DNA of 12,708 nucleotides from a virus (IMGVR_UViG_2737471845_000015:1-12708), one strand, 5' to 3'; positions 1 to 7,454 are shown, counted from the stretch's first letter. Notes: generated by a model from the sequence alone, not told the origin. Numbers and translations: made by a program.

Positions 1-1115
1 TGCAGGATCAGGTAGCCATCAGTGGATTCAACCAGCTCCTGACGCTGGGCGCTGTAAGTGCCGTTATAGTTGCGTGCCGTACTGGAAAAACTCAGACGAC
101 TGCCCGCCGCCACGGCACGCAACTGACCATTACGAAAAGTTTCAAGGTTAGGATTGGGGCGATCCGACTTCACCATTCCGATTTCTTCGCCGGGTTTCAG
201 ATCGTCGTAAATAATGCCAGGCTGAATGGTAAGCTCGCGTTCATTCTCCTTGCTGCCATTACCATCCGTTTCATAGCTCTGCCCGTCGACTTTGCGGATG
301 TACATCCCCAGAGCAGCGGCGATCCTTGCTGCAGTCAGCTCAGAATCTTCATACTCTTTCAGGGCACTGAGGCGGATCAGCACACCGGACAATAAAGACG
401 TCCCGCGCATCTGGTGCAGACGGCGAACAAATTTAAGATGCAGCATTCGCTCTGCATCCACTTCTTTGGTTTCCATCTGCCGCCCGGATACGGGACGGCT
501 TTTATACACCAGATATTTTTCGGGACGCCCCCAGTCATCAACAAACACGCCCTGATTCAGCCTGTTGCTCTCATCACTGGTCATGGGAATAAAGTCCGGC
601 TCGAGCGCCTCCAGCCAGAAATGAACACCGGCAGAAGGCGTCAGGCTATTTATGCGCCCGGAAACCATCTGGGCAAACACCTCACCATCGCGCAGCCAGG
701 TACGAAGCATCAGACGTTCCAGCATCGGACGGGTAAACTGCCCGGTGACTTCCGGGCTGACAGACCATTCACTCCATCGGGTGCGAATCTCCGCAGCCAG
801 GTCACGGGCAATGGCCCCATTGCGTAATACCGGATGTGGCTCGACAATAATCCCGTTTTTCCCCACCACCCGTTCTTCCAGCTTGTCAAATACACCAATA
901 ACCAGATCGTGGTTGTTATCAAGGTAACGGGCCTGCTCACGTAACGACACGGCCCCGTACTGGCTTAACTGGTCGGCAGTTCGGTTCTCCCGTCGGGCTT
1001 TGTGTGTCCGCGTCGTTTTTACGGCCTCATAAGCCTGGATCACCGCACGGGAACGCAGCCTTGCCGCTTTCCATCCTGGTGAAAAAACGCCAATCACATC
1101 ATCAAGAATTGCCAT
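1..1115 (-). CDS. Portal protein, lambda gpB family (N-terminal part; gene continues past window start)
   Basis: Minus-strand frame is open from ATG (plus 1113-1115) to position 1 with no stop; it is absent from the ORF track only because it runs off the edge. Translation begins MAILDDVIGVFSPGWKAARLRSRAVIQAYEAVKTTRTHKARRENRTADQLSQYGAVSLREQARYLDNNHDLVIGVFDKLEERVVGKNGIIVEP. The ATG overlaps the stop of the upstream gpW-like gene (ATGA), and the gene order Nu1-A-W-B matches lambda. Family call is from remembered lambda gpB similarity, not a search. Confidence 0.78.
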   Translation of the reverse strand, partial: MAILDDVIGVFSPGWKAARLRSRAVIQAYEAVKTTRTHKARRENRTADQLSQYGAVSLREQARYLDNNHDLVIGVFDKLEERVVGKNGIIVEPHPVLRNGAIARDLAAEIRTRWSEWSVSPEVTGQFTRPMLERLMLRTWLRDGEVFAQMVSGRINSLTPSAGVHFWLEALEPDFIPMTSDESNRLNQGVFVDDWGRPEKYLVYKSRPVSGRQMETKEVDAERMLHLKFVRRLHQMRGTSLLSGVLIRLSALKEYEDSELTAARIAAALGMYIRKVDGQSYETDGNGSKENERELTIQPGIIYDDLKPGEEIGMVKSDRPNPNLETFRNGQLRAVAAGSRLSFSSTARNYNGTYSAQRQELVESTDGYLIL

Positions 1116-1327
1116 CAGAACCTCGCCAGCCGGTACCCGGGATGCCCCCGTCGTCGTGTAATCAGAGCCGCAAGGCGGCGCTCCCACTCCTGCCGTCCCT
1201 GCCGGATCTCAGATAAGTTTTCCATGGTCATCTGCTGACCATTAAAGGTGACGGATTTTCCGTCCAGCACCGCCATTTCAGCTTCCATATAACGCTGAAT
1301 CATGGCTTCGATATCATTCTGGTTCAT
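1115..1327 (-). CDS. Head completion / head-tail joining protein, lambda gpW-like
   Basis: Track ORF 1115..1333. I prefer the second ATG at 1327 (MNQNDIEAMIQ...), which sits 6 nt after GGAGG and overlaps the terminase stop as ATGA. It is about 70 aa and ends ...ALITRRRGHPGYRLARF, resembling the RRRG-containing C-terminus of lambda gpW. Position between terminase large subunit and portal matches lambda. Confidence 0.72.
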   Translation of the reverse strand: MNQNDIEAMIQRYMEAEMAVLDGKSVTFNGQQMTMENLSEIRQGRQEWERRLAALITRRRGHPGYRLARF

Positions 1328-3423
1328 AACCATCCTCCGGAAGTCAGCCAGGGGTTAACATCGTCAGTTACTGTTTTCTTCCGTTTTTGTTTTTTAACAG
1401 GCGTGGATACCGGTTCCGGTGAGGATGACGGTTCGGTACTGTCCTGGACACACTCCAGCCAGGTTTCCCGGCTCGCCCACTCCGGTGCATCCGGCCAGCG
1501 GATCTTTTCGTATCCATGCAGAATGACCAGAGCCTCGGCATACACCATCAGGTCAAAAGCTTCGTTGGCACCGCGACCCGGCTTACTCCATTTCCCGTCA
1601 CTGCTCCGCTCTTCATACGTCAGTTCGTCGTAAAACCAGCTCCCCAGCCAGTCAGGGAAATGCACATAGCCTGGACCTGGCGAGTCACGCCATAACGCGT
1701 TATTCACCCGGTCTTTCAGGGCATCCGTCTGAAGAAGCCAGAGCGGCACATCACCTGCGGCCTGCGCCCGGCGGCCCGTTCGTCCGGTGTTATCAGGGAA
1801 TGTACGGCTGATCAGTTTTGCGCGCCGGATGCTGTCGCCCTTAAACAGGTAAATACGTTTACCAAGGCCATCACGACGGCAACGACGCCAGAATTTATAG
1901 GCATTATCAGTGACCCCGTCTTCACCGCCGGAGTCCACCGCCATTGCCATCAGTCGCATTTGTTGAGAAGGATCGGAGGCCAGCGGCCAGCTTTTATGAA
2001 AAACATCCGTCAGCAGGACATCCCAGTCTTCCGGATAGCTGGCCGGATCAATTCGCTGGCTCTCCCCGTCGCAGTCACTGCGCAATGACTGCGTGATGTT
2101 GTAACGATCAATAATCCAGCGTTCGCCACGGCTGCCATAGCCCGTTACCTGAACCACAAAACGGCGATGACGTCCCGCCTGCACATCCACTGTCGCCACA
2201 AGGAAATTAACGCCATCCGGCACACTGCGGGAAGGAACTGGCTCTGCCCGCTGCTCAAGCAGTTCACTTTTTCGTTGCTCCATGCTGGCACGAGGAAGAT
2301 AAGGCAATCCCCAGTCGGTGTTGATAACCGCCCTGAGTGTTTCTTCGCTTCCTGTCGCTTCATACTCCTGTTCTGCAGTCAGTAATTTGTAAACCAGTTG
2401 CGCCCAGGTCTGATACGCAGCAGCTGGCCCTTCCATCCAGAAACTGGCGATACGGGAGCGGCGCGGTTCACCGGAAACGTTGCCGTTACGATCAATGACC
2501 TGACCTTCACGCAACCAGACTCCTGCACTATTGAGCTCACGCTTTTTCTCCGCAGTGATAATGCCGCTGCAGTGCGGGCAAAGTAGATACGCCGCCTCAC
2601 TGGCTTTAAAGGGATCCGGTTCATTACGGTAGCCGGTCATGGCATCCATAGCTGGCTGAAAATATTCACCGCAGTGCGGACATGGCCAGTACCAGCGGCG
2701 GCGGTCACCACGATTGTAAAGGGAAAGAATACCAGTCGTCGGTGGCGCTTCATGAGGCGACTTACGTCGCCATTTGCTGTCGCAGATGTCACGTCCCGGC
2801 GAGCTCTCCACCAGAGTCATCCCGGCGGACATAAATGTGGTGGTACGTTTTGAGGCCAGGGAGAAACCATCACCCTCGCTGTCGATATTCTCCGGAAAAC
2901 GGTCGTAATCGGTTAAGGCGACAAACCGGTAATCCGACGACGACATAATGTTGACCGAGGGCCAACCAATTTTAAGGAACGAGCCATCCCTGAACGTCTT
3001 ATCATGGACATTATTGTCGTTACGACGTGGACTCATTCTTTTCTTTACCGCCGCACTGCTTCTGAACGTTCTGTCGAGGCGCTTTTTCGAATGCTCGCGG
3101 GCCTTATCTTCGGTCATCTGCACAACGAGCATGTCCGAAGGATCGCAAACGATGGTATAGACAATCCATCCATCGATCAGACCAATGGTCTTCCCTGTTC
3201 GCGCAGGACCAACAAAAATCACCGCATCGTATTCACGCGATGCCAGGCAGTTCATGGGCTCAATGATGTAGGGTGTCAGTTCAGGATCCCATGGCACCGA
3301 GTTACCAGCCCCCTTGGGAACACGCATGAATTTTTTAACAGCCTCCGAAATCGGCATGCGACGTGGTGGGGAAAATCCTGCCGATATGTCCCTTCCCAAA
3401 TTTCGGGCTGATGAAAAACCCAT
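1324..3423 (-). CDS. Terminase large subunit, lambda gpA family
   Basis: 699-aa ORF with a Walker A-like VGPARTGKT near the N-terminus. Has a paired-cysteine motif CPHCGEYF...LLCPHCSG that parallels the CPHCGEEQY...YLCEHNAC region of lambda gpA, and ATVDVQAGRHRRFVVQVTGYGSRGERWIIDR that parallels lambda AGIDSQLDRYEMRVWGWGPGEESWLIDR. Strong SD (AGGAGG) lies 4 nt upstream of the ATG at 3423. Confidence 0.93.
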   Translation of the reverse strand: MGFSSARNLGRDISAGFSPPRRMPISEAVKKFMRVPKGAGNSVPWDPELTPYIIEPMNCLASREYDAVIFVGPARTGKTIGLIDGWIVYTIVCDPSDMLVVQMTEDKAREHSKKRLDRTFRSSAAVKKRMSPRRNDNNVHDKTFRDGSFLKIGWPSVNIMSSSDYRFVALTDYDRFPENIDSEGDGFSLASKRTTTFMSAGMTLVESSPGRDICDSKWRRKSPHEAPPTTGILSLYNRGDRRRWYWPCPHCGEYFQPAMDAMTGYRNEPDPFKASEAAYLLCPHCSGIITAEKKRELNSAGVWLREGQVIDRNGNVSGEPRRSRIASFWMEGPAAAYQTWAQLVYKLLTAEQEYEATGSEETLRAVINTDWGLPYLPRASMEQRKSELLEQRAEPVPSRSVPDGVNFLVATVDVQAGRHRRFVVQVTGYGSRGERWIIDRYNITQSLRSDCDGESQRIDPASYPEDWDVLLTDVFHKSWPLASDPSQQMRLMAMAVDSGGEDGVTDNAYKFWRRCRRDGLGKRIYLFKGDSIRRAKLISRTFPDNTGRTGRRAQAAGDVPLWLLQTDALKDRVNNALWRDSPGPGYVHFPDWLGSWFYDELTYEERSSDGKWSKPGRGANEAFDLMVYAEALVILHGYEKIRWPDAPEWASRETWLECVQDSTEPSSSPEPVSTPVKKQKRKKTVTDDVNPWLTSGGWL

Positions 3424-3431
3424 TATTCCTC

Positions 3432-3959
3432 CTAGAGACTCTCTCCTTCCTCATCAGGAATTAATTCAGCAGCACAAGCCTCGTAGGATTTTTCCTGAAG
3501 AGTGTATCGCAGGTCATCAATGGCCTGCTGTACAACGCCGACGGCCTGAGGAGTCAGGGCGCAATCGCGTTCAAGAACATCCGGAATTGTCTCCAGAACC
3601 TGGACGACAGCCTTTCTCATGGACGAATAGACGATGACTACTTCATCAACTGGGATGAGTTTTCGCTGCTCCTTTTCCAGCTTGATCCTTTCATTTTCAG
3701 ACTGGTACCAGTCCTTTCTCTCTTTCGGCTCCATACGGGATGGATCATGAACAGAGTCTGCTGCCTCATGCTTCACACTAAACAGGGCGGGCCCGACATG
3801 CTGCAGGGCGTAAACGGGGTTCCCCCTGACAGTCGCAGCCACAGGAGTGTTGGCCGCGAGGAGCCGTTTTTTTACTGTGTCCCGGTGAAGCCCAAAGGCC
3901 TCGGCGATTTTAAAAACACTCCAGTAATAAGCATCACCGATCCCGCTCACATTTGACAT
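3432..3959 (-). CDS. Terminase small subunit, lambda Nu1-like (N-terminal wHTH)
   Basis: Track ORF 3432..3971 (MELLMSNV...). I prefer the ATG at 3959 (MSNVSGIG...) because GGAG lies 6 nt upstream; the 3971 start cannot be excluded. N-terminal HTH-like KIAEAFGLHRDTVKKRLLAANTPV followed by RGNPVY, about 175 aa, immediately upstream of the large subunit and next to the cos-like site, as for lambda Nu1. Confidence 0.78.
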   Translation of the reverse strand: MSNVSGIGDAYYWSVFKIAEAFGLHRDTVKKRLLAANTPVAATVRGNPVYALQHVGPALFSVKHEAADSVHDPSRMEPKERKDWYQSENERIKLEKEQRKLIPVDEVVIVYSSMRKAVVQVLETIPDVLERDCALTPQAVGVVQQAIDDLRYTLQEKSYEACAAELIPDEEGESL

Positions 3960-3971
3960 AAGCAACTCCAT

Positions 3972-4137
3972 CTGGCAGGTGAAAATCAGGTTTATTTATA
4001 TATTTCAATTAATTGCAAACTGGTCTAATGACAGGGAGAAAAAAATATTGTACAGGTGAAAAGAGAAATAACTTTTAATTATCAATAAATTACCAAACAT
4101 GCTGCCGCCGCCATGGAAATGCAAAAACTAGCCTTTT
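3972..4137. other. cosB-like region: two CAGGTGAAAA direct repeats and an IHF-consensus site between cosN and the small terminase gene
   Basis: Direct repeats CAGGTGAAAA at 3976-3985 and 4053-4062. TATCAATAAATTA at 4080-4092 matches the IHF consensus WATCAANNNNTTR. The order cosN, IHF site, repeats, small terminase start mirrors lambda cosN-I1-R sites-Nu1. Confidence 0.55.
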
Positions 4138-4161
4138 TCCGCGACGCTCCCGCCCCGTGGC
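4138..4161. other. cosN-like cohesive-end site (predicted 12-nt cohesive end at 4144-4155)
   Basis: Read on the minus strand, this is ...GCGGGTCCTTCCGGTGGGGTGGCCTGCCACG GGGCGGGAGCGT CGCGGAAAAAGGCTAG.... Lambda, from memory, is ...CGGGTCCTTTCCGGTGATCCGACAGGTTACG GGGCGGCGACCT CGCGGGTTTTCGCTATT.... It is a GC-rich island in AT-rich DNA about 190 bp upstream of the Nu1-like start, the same distance as in lambda. Confidence 0.6.
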
Positions 4162-4560
4162 AGGCCACCCCACCGGAAGGACCCGCACAAATGAGAGTGA
4201 TTATCACCATTGCTGATGAATAAATTGATGAAAATCATTGAAACGCCATTCATCCATATACCAGCAGCATTCGGTGTTGCACTTCGTAACTCTGTGACTA
4301 CGGTTATAAAAGCATTGGCAACTTTTGCCACCGGCAAGTCTTCAATGGATTTCCCCTGCCGGTTTTTTATTTTCGTCGATGCATAACATTGCATTTACAT
4401 CAATAGCGGCTATTGTCATTAGTATGTTGCATCAATGCATGGGTGGTATTGGCGGTCTTCGCCGGCCGGTTCTGTGTAGCTGGACCGGTTTTTTATTTCT
4501 CACATTACAGCAGCCCCTTAGAGTGAAGGGCTGCTGTAATGCCGCAATCTTTTTTAACAT

Positions 4561-4581
4561 GAAAAAGGCCGCAGAGCGGCC
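4561..4581 (-). terminator. Intrinsic terminator for the C-int-accessory gene transcript
   Basis: Plus 4567-4581 GGCCGCagaGCGGCC forms a 6-bp GC stem with a 3-nt loop; plus A-run 4562-4566 gives UUUUU directly 3' of the stem on the minus-strand RNA. It lies about 105 nt downstream of the accessory-gene stop at 4688. Confidence 0.5.
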
Positions 4582-4687
4582 ATAAACACAAACAAAAATC
4601 AATAAGTTAGATAATTATCAAAGACTTACAGACAAACAAAAACACAGCCAACCACAACAAATAACAGGGATGTGGTCACTTTGTGGA

Positions 4688-5083
4688 TCATTCGCTCCCC
4701 TCTTTTTCCTTATTTCGTTGAACGCCAATTGCGACACACGTACTAAGCAAATCTTTACATTTCTCTACATCTTCAGACTTACGCAATTTGATGCTTTTTA
4801 CAGACTGCGGGCTACTGTCCGTAGCACGATACATCGTTATTTCAATATCATTTCGGTCTAAGAGTCCCATAATGGCTTTTGCAACCTCCACACCCTTCTT
4901 CGCGAAATCAAAGAACAGAGCAAGTTTATATGGATTTTCGACGGAAAAAACTTCAATTTTGCTAAAACCAACATCGTGTAGAGAAAAATATTGCTCAACC
5001 TCATCTCGAAGTTCTGGATCGCATACAATGTCTATTCTCCAGTACTGACCTAAATGCAAATCGCTATTAACTGTTTTTTCCAC
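4688..5083 (-). CDS. Hypothetical protein, AT-rich accessory (moron-like) gene coupled to integrase
   Basis: Track ORF 4688..5104 (TTG start). I prefer the GTG at 5083, preceded by AAGGAGG with 5-nt spacing; the integrase stop TAA forms the start of that SD (TAAGGAGGatgttGTG). About 131 aa, MEKTVNSDLHLGQYWRIDIVCDPELRDEVEQYF..., no domain recognised. Visibly more AT-rich than the flanking integrase and terminase genes. Confidence 0.6.
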   Translation of the reverse strand: MEKTVNSDLHLGQYWRIDIVCDPELRDEVEQYFSLHDVGFSKIEVFSVENPYKLALFFDFAKKGVEVAKAIMGLLDRNDIEITMYRATDSSPQSVKSIKLRKSEDVEKCKDLLSTCVAIGVQRNKEKEGSE

Positions 5084-5093
5084 AACATCCTCC

Positions 5094-6068
5094 TTACCCA
5101 GCAATAGGATTAAATCTCACCGCATCCTGCAAGTAATCCGGCGCAAGATGGGCATAAATCATCGTTGTCTGAATCTTTGCGTGCCCCAGAATTTTCTGGA
5201 GCGTCAGAATATTGCCGCCGTTCATCATGAAATGACTGGCGAAGGTGTGGCGCAGCGCATGAACAGCCTGGCCGTCAGGAACATCAGGTGCGACCGTTTT
5301 GATGACATCGCGAACCAATGGATAATCCAGCGTCGGAAACACCAGTTTCCCGCCCCGTTTTTTGATCTTTTCAAACAGGCTTTCAGAAATAGGAACGGTA
5401 CGGTTTTTGCTGTTCTTCGTTTTTGAAAAAGTGATTCGACAATGAAGAACACGGCGCTGCTCCAGTGCCGCTACCTCGCCCCATCGCGCCCCGGTCGACA
5501 GAAGGATTTCGACAGCCAGCCGTTCATCGGGATTTTCAGCCAGTGCATCCAGCAACTGAACACATTCAGACTTACTCAGATATCCCATTTCGCGCTCGTT
5601 AACCTTCATTCCTTTAAGGCCTTGAACGGGGTTATCGTTAAGAAAATGGCCGGATGAGATGAGTGCGGTAAACATCGCGCTTAACGCCCCAATCTCTCGA
5701 TTTATGGTGCTGGGCTGTATCCCCTGCTCTATCCTGGACACACGTAGCTCGGTGAGCATCGTTGTATTAAGTTTATGCACGCACGGGTCATCCATTGCCT
5801 CACTCAAGCGCAGCAATTTAAGGCGCGTGTTATGCCCTGACTTCATTAGCTGGCCGTGGTATTTCCACCACAAGTCAATAAGCACTGACAGCGGGCAGCG
5901 ATCAATGGAGTTTCCTTTCCACTCATTGTTATGCTGTTGCGCCAGCACCCACCGCTCATATAAAACTGCATCCGATTTCGTTTTAAATTTTTTGCGAATG
6001 CGTTTGCCTTTACGCCCCTCAGGACGCATGTCAAGAAGATACCCTCCCGGAATTGATTTTATGCTCAT
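5094..6068 (-). CDS. int: Tyrosine integrase, P2 Int-like
   Basis: Track ORF 5094..6218; I prefer the internal ATG at 6068 (MSIKSIPGGYLLDMRPEGRKGKRIRKKFKTKSDAVLYERW...), which parallels the P2 Int N-terminus (RPTGRNGKRIRRKFDKKSEAVAFEKY, from memory). Catalytic signature present: TGARWGE (Arg), HALRHTFASHF (H-x-x-R), GHAKIQTTMIYAHL (Tyr). C-terminus ...YLQDAVRFNPIAG resembles P2 Int ...YLQDAISLNPL. Confidence 0.93.
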   Translation of the reverse strand: MSIKSIPGGYLLDMRPEGRKGKRIRKKFKTKSDAVLYERWVLAQQHNNEWKGNSIDRCPLSVLIDLWWKYHGQLMKSGHNTRLKLLRLSEAMDDPCVHKLNTTMLTELRVSRIEQGIQPSTINREIGALSAMFTALISSGHFLNDNPVQGLKGMKVNEREMGYLSKSECVQLLDALAENPDERLAVEILLSTGARWGEVAALEQRRVLHCRITFSKTKNSKNRTVPISESLFEKIKKRGGKLVFPTLDYPLVRDVIKTVAPDVPDGQAVHALRHTFASHFMMNGGNILTLQKILGHAKIQTTMIYAHLAPDYLQDAVRFNPIAG

Positions 6069-6117
6069 TCGTGAAGCCCCAGCGTTACAAGACCACCATG
6101 CCCCCAGCGTTCCATGA

Positions 6118-6429
6118 TTAGCCGGGCTGTGTGCCAGTCTTGCGGGATTTTTGAGAAGACGATGTGTTTTCTGGCCCATCAGGGGAGAGAGAAGGACTGA
6201 TCTGCCCAGCAGCCTCATTTGTTTCGTTACTCATCAACCACGTAGTGTATTTTTTAAATTCCGGGTGCATTGTGATTTTCAGTAAAACCTCCGTTCCCAC
6301 ACCTCGAATACCAGTCTCGTATTGCTTAACCGTACCAACCGCAATACCTATTGAATCCGCGAACTTTGCCTGACTAAGCCCCTCAGATTCTCGAATTGCT
6401 TTTAGCTTCTTTGATATCTCTATTGACAT
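6118..6429 (-). CDS. Immunity repressor, P2 C / 186 CI-like HTH protein
   Basis: Track ORF 6118..6531; I prefer the ATG at 6429 (AGGTG SD about 7 nt upstream), giving 103 aa: MSIEISKKLKAIRESEGLSQAKFADSIGIAVGTVKQYETG...FKKYTTWLMSNETNEAAGQISPSL.... HTH in the N-terminus; the FxKYTxWxM and GQIxPxL motifs match what I recall of P2 C. Divergent from the Cox-like gene, as in the P2 switch. Confidence 0.82.
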   Translation of the reverse strand: MSIEISKKLKAIRESEGLSQAKFADSIGIAVGTVKQYETGIRGVGTEVLLKITMHPEFKKYTTWLMSNETNEAAGQISPSLSPDGPENTSSSQKSRKTGTQPG

Positions 6430-6524
6430 GGTGTGCACCTGAATACTATATTGGTTATCAGTTGAGTACCACTTGACGCTACAAAGAGCCACAAATAGCA
6501 CCAGATTGAATAGGTTATCACACC
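6430..6524. promoter_or_regulatory. Lysis-lysogeny switch region (divergent C and Cox promoters/operators, P2-type)
   Basis: 95-bp gap between divergent repressor and Cox-like starts. Contains TTGACG (6473-6478), tandem direct repeats CTACAAAGAG / CCACAAATAG (6479-6498) and GGTTATCA at 6453-6460 and 6513-6520. TATAGT on the minus strand lies about 15 nt upstream of the C start. Exact -35/-10 assignments are uncertain. Confidence 0.5.
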
Positions 6525-6803
6525 ATGGCAAAAGTCCTTAACACATACGAACAAGCGGATTTTGAGCGTTTGGCGGCGTTCTACCCATACCGTAATGAAC
6601 ATGGGCTACCGGTACTTGAAGAAAGCCTGGAGGATTATGCGAAACGCACAAATCAAAGCATTCTCGCTGTAAGAAGGCAGGCTGATAGATCGGTAATTCC
6701 CGTTACTCAAGAAGGAAGAAACACAAAACGCAAAGTAAATCTCTTCGCAATTTTCCTGAAAACCATCAGAAACGCAGAGAAATACGTGCAAATGACAAAA
6801 TAA
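6525..6803 (+). CDS. Cox-like small DNA-binding protein (putative Cro-like repressor/excisionase)
   Basis: 92 aa, first gene of the plus-strand operon divergent from C. ...YAKRTNQSILAVRRQADRSVIPV... resembles the P2 Cox motif ...AKLIGKSTGAVRRMIDKGKLPVI... (from memory). Confidence 0.65.
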   Translation: MAKVLNTYEQADFERLAAFYPYRNEHGLPVLEESLEDYAKRTNQSILAVRRQADRSVIPVTQEGRNTKRKVNLFAIFLKTIRNAEKYVQMTK

Positions 6804-6817
6804 CGAGGTGTCATTTT

Positions 6818-7156
6818 ATGCTGAAGCAACGCCGTAATTTTTGTACCGGAACAGAACGCCACGCTAACCGTTTCACTACCAGTGCATCACGCAGCAACAT
6901 CCGCTACAGCCTGAGTGATACACACGCAACGCCGGATGGCTACCCAGTAAAACAAATCGGCGAGCACGCCTGGCTGATTGAGAAAGCTGGAATCGTGATC
7001 CACAAATGCCCACGCAATCCGTTTACCGGAAACCGCATTTTTGCACTGAGCTGTGGCGACAATCAGTTCGGGCAGGATTTCACATTATACGAAGCACTTC
7101 GCACGGTTGATCGTCTGCTTCGCGGGCAAAGTTTTATTAAACAGGCTGATTTATAA
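6818..7156 (+). CDS. Hypothetical early protein
   Basis: 112-aa ORF with GAGGTG SD (6805-6810) 7 nt upstream of the ATG; same strand and tightly packed in the early operon. No domain recognised. Confidence 0.55.
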   Translation: MLKQRRNFCTGTERHANRFTTSASRSNIRYSLSDTHATPDGYPVKQIGEHAWLIEKAGIVIHKCPRNPFTGNRIFALSCGDNQFGQDFTLYEALRTVDRLLRGQSFIKQADL

Positions 7157-7166
7157 CAGGTGCTTT

Positions 7167-7454
7167 ATGACCAAAGACCATGCACAAGGTGTATTTATCC
7201 GTTTTATTGATTTTCGCGGTGAACTGTTATTACGTGCATCCGCTATTGACGGAGTGACTCCGGCGGGTAAAAACGGAGCCGACGAAGCCACTTACGTTTA
7301 TCTGAACGGCACGCGACTGCTTGTGGAACTTCCGTACCAGACCGTACGAGAAATCATCAGCGAAGCTGAAAAGGCACGCCAGGTTAATGGCGATGAACCC
7401 TATATCGAAATTATTTGTATGGATTCAGAAACTGAAATTCAGAAAGCAGATTAA
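7167..7454 (+). CDS. Hypothetical early protein
   Basis: Track ORF 7053..7454 starts inside the previous gene in another frame. I prefer ATG 7167 (MTKDHAQGVFIRF...), just after the upstream stop at 7154-7156, with AGGTG upstream. About 95 aa. Confidence 0.5.
   Translation: MTKDHAQGVFIRFIDFRGELLLRASAIDGVTPAGKNGADEATYVYLNGTRLLVELPYQTVREIISEAEKARQVNGDEPYIEIICMDSETEIQKAD

Noticed and set aside
292-3637. Plus-strand track ORFs inside the portal, gpW and terminase genes (for example 414..827, 3004..3411, 3314..3637)
   Set aside because: All are antisense to minus-strand genes with strong family signatures; no SD or functional motif seen.
4128-4585. Track ORFs 4128..4394 (minus) and 4325..4585 (plus) in the cos-proximal region
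   Set aside because: The first runs across the cosN-like core and the second across the hairpins and palindrome; neither has a convincing SD and both look like chance frames in non-coding DNA. A 10-codon mini-ORF at 4191-4223 (MRVIITIADE) was also judged coincidental.
3972-4600. P2 Ogr-type late promoter (TGT-N12-ACA) upstream of the packaging genes
   Set aside because: I scanned for TGT followed 12 nt later by ACA and found no instance, so a P2-style late activator site is not supported here.
5094-6531. Longer N-terminal extensions of int (start 6218) and of the repressor (start 6531) from the ORF track
   Set aside because: The extensions overlap the neighbouring gene or intergenic promoter region and add non-conserved sequence; the internal ATGs give proteins whose N-termini match P2 Int and C.
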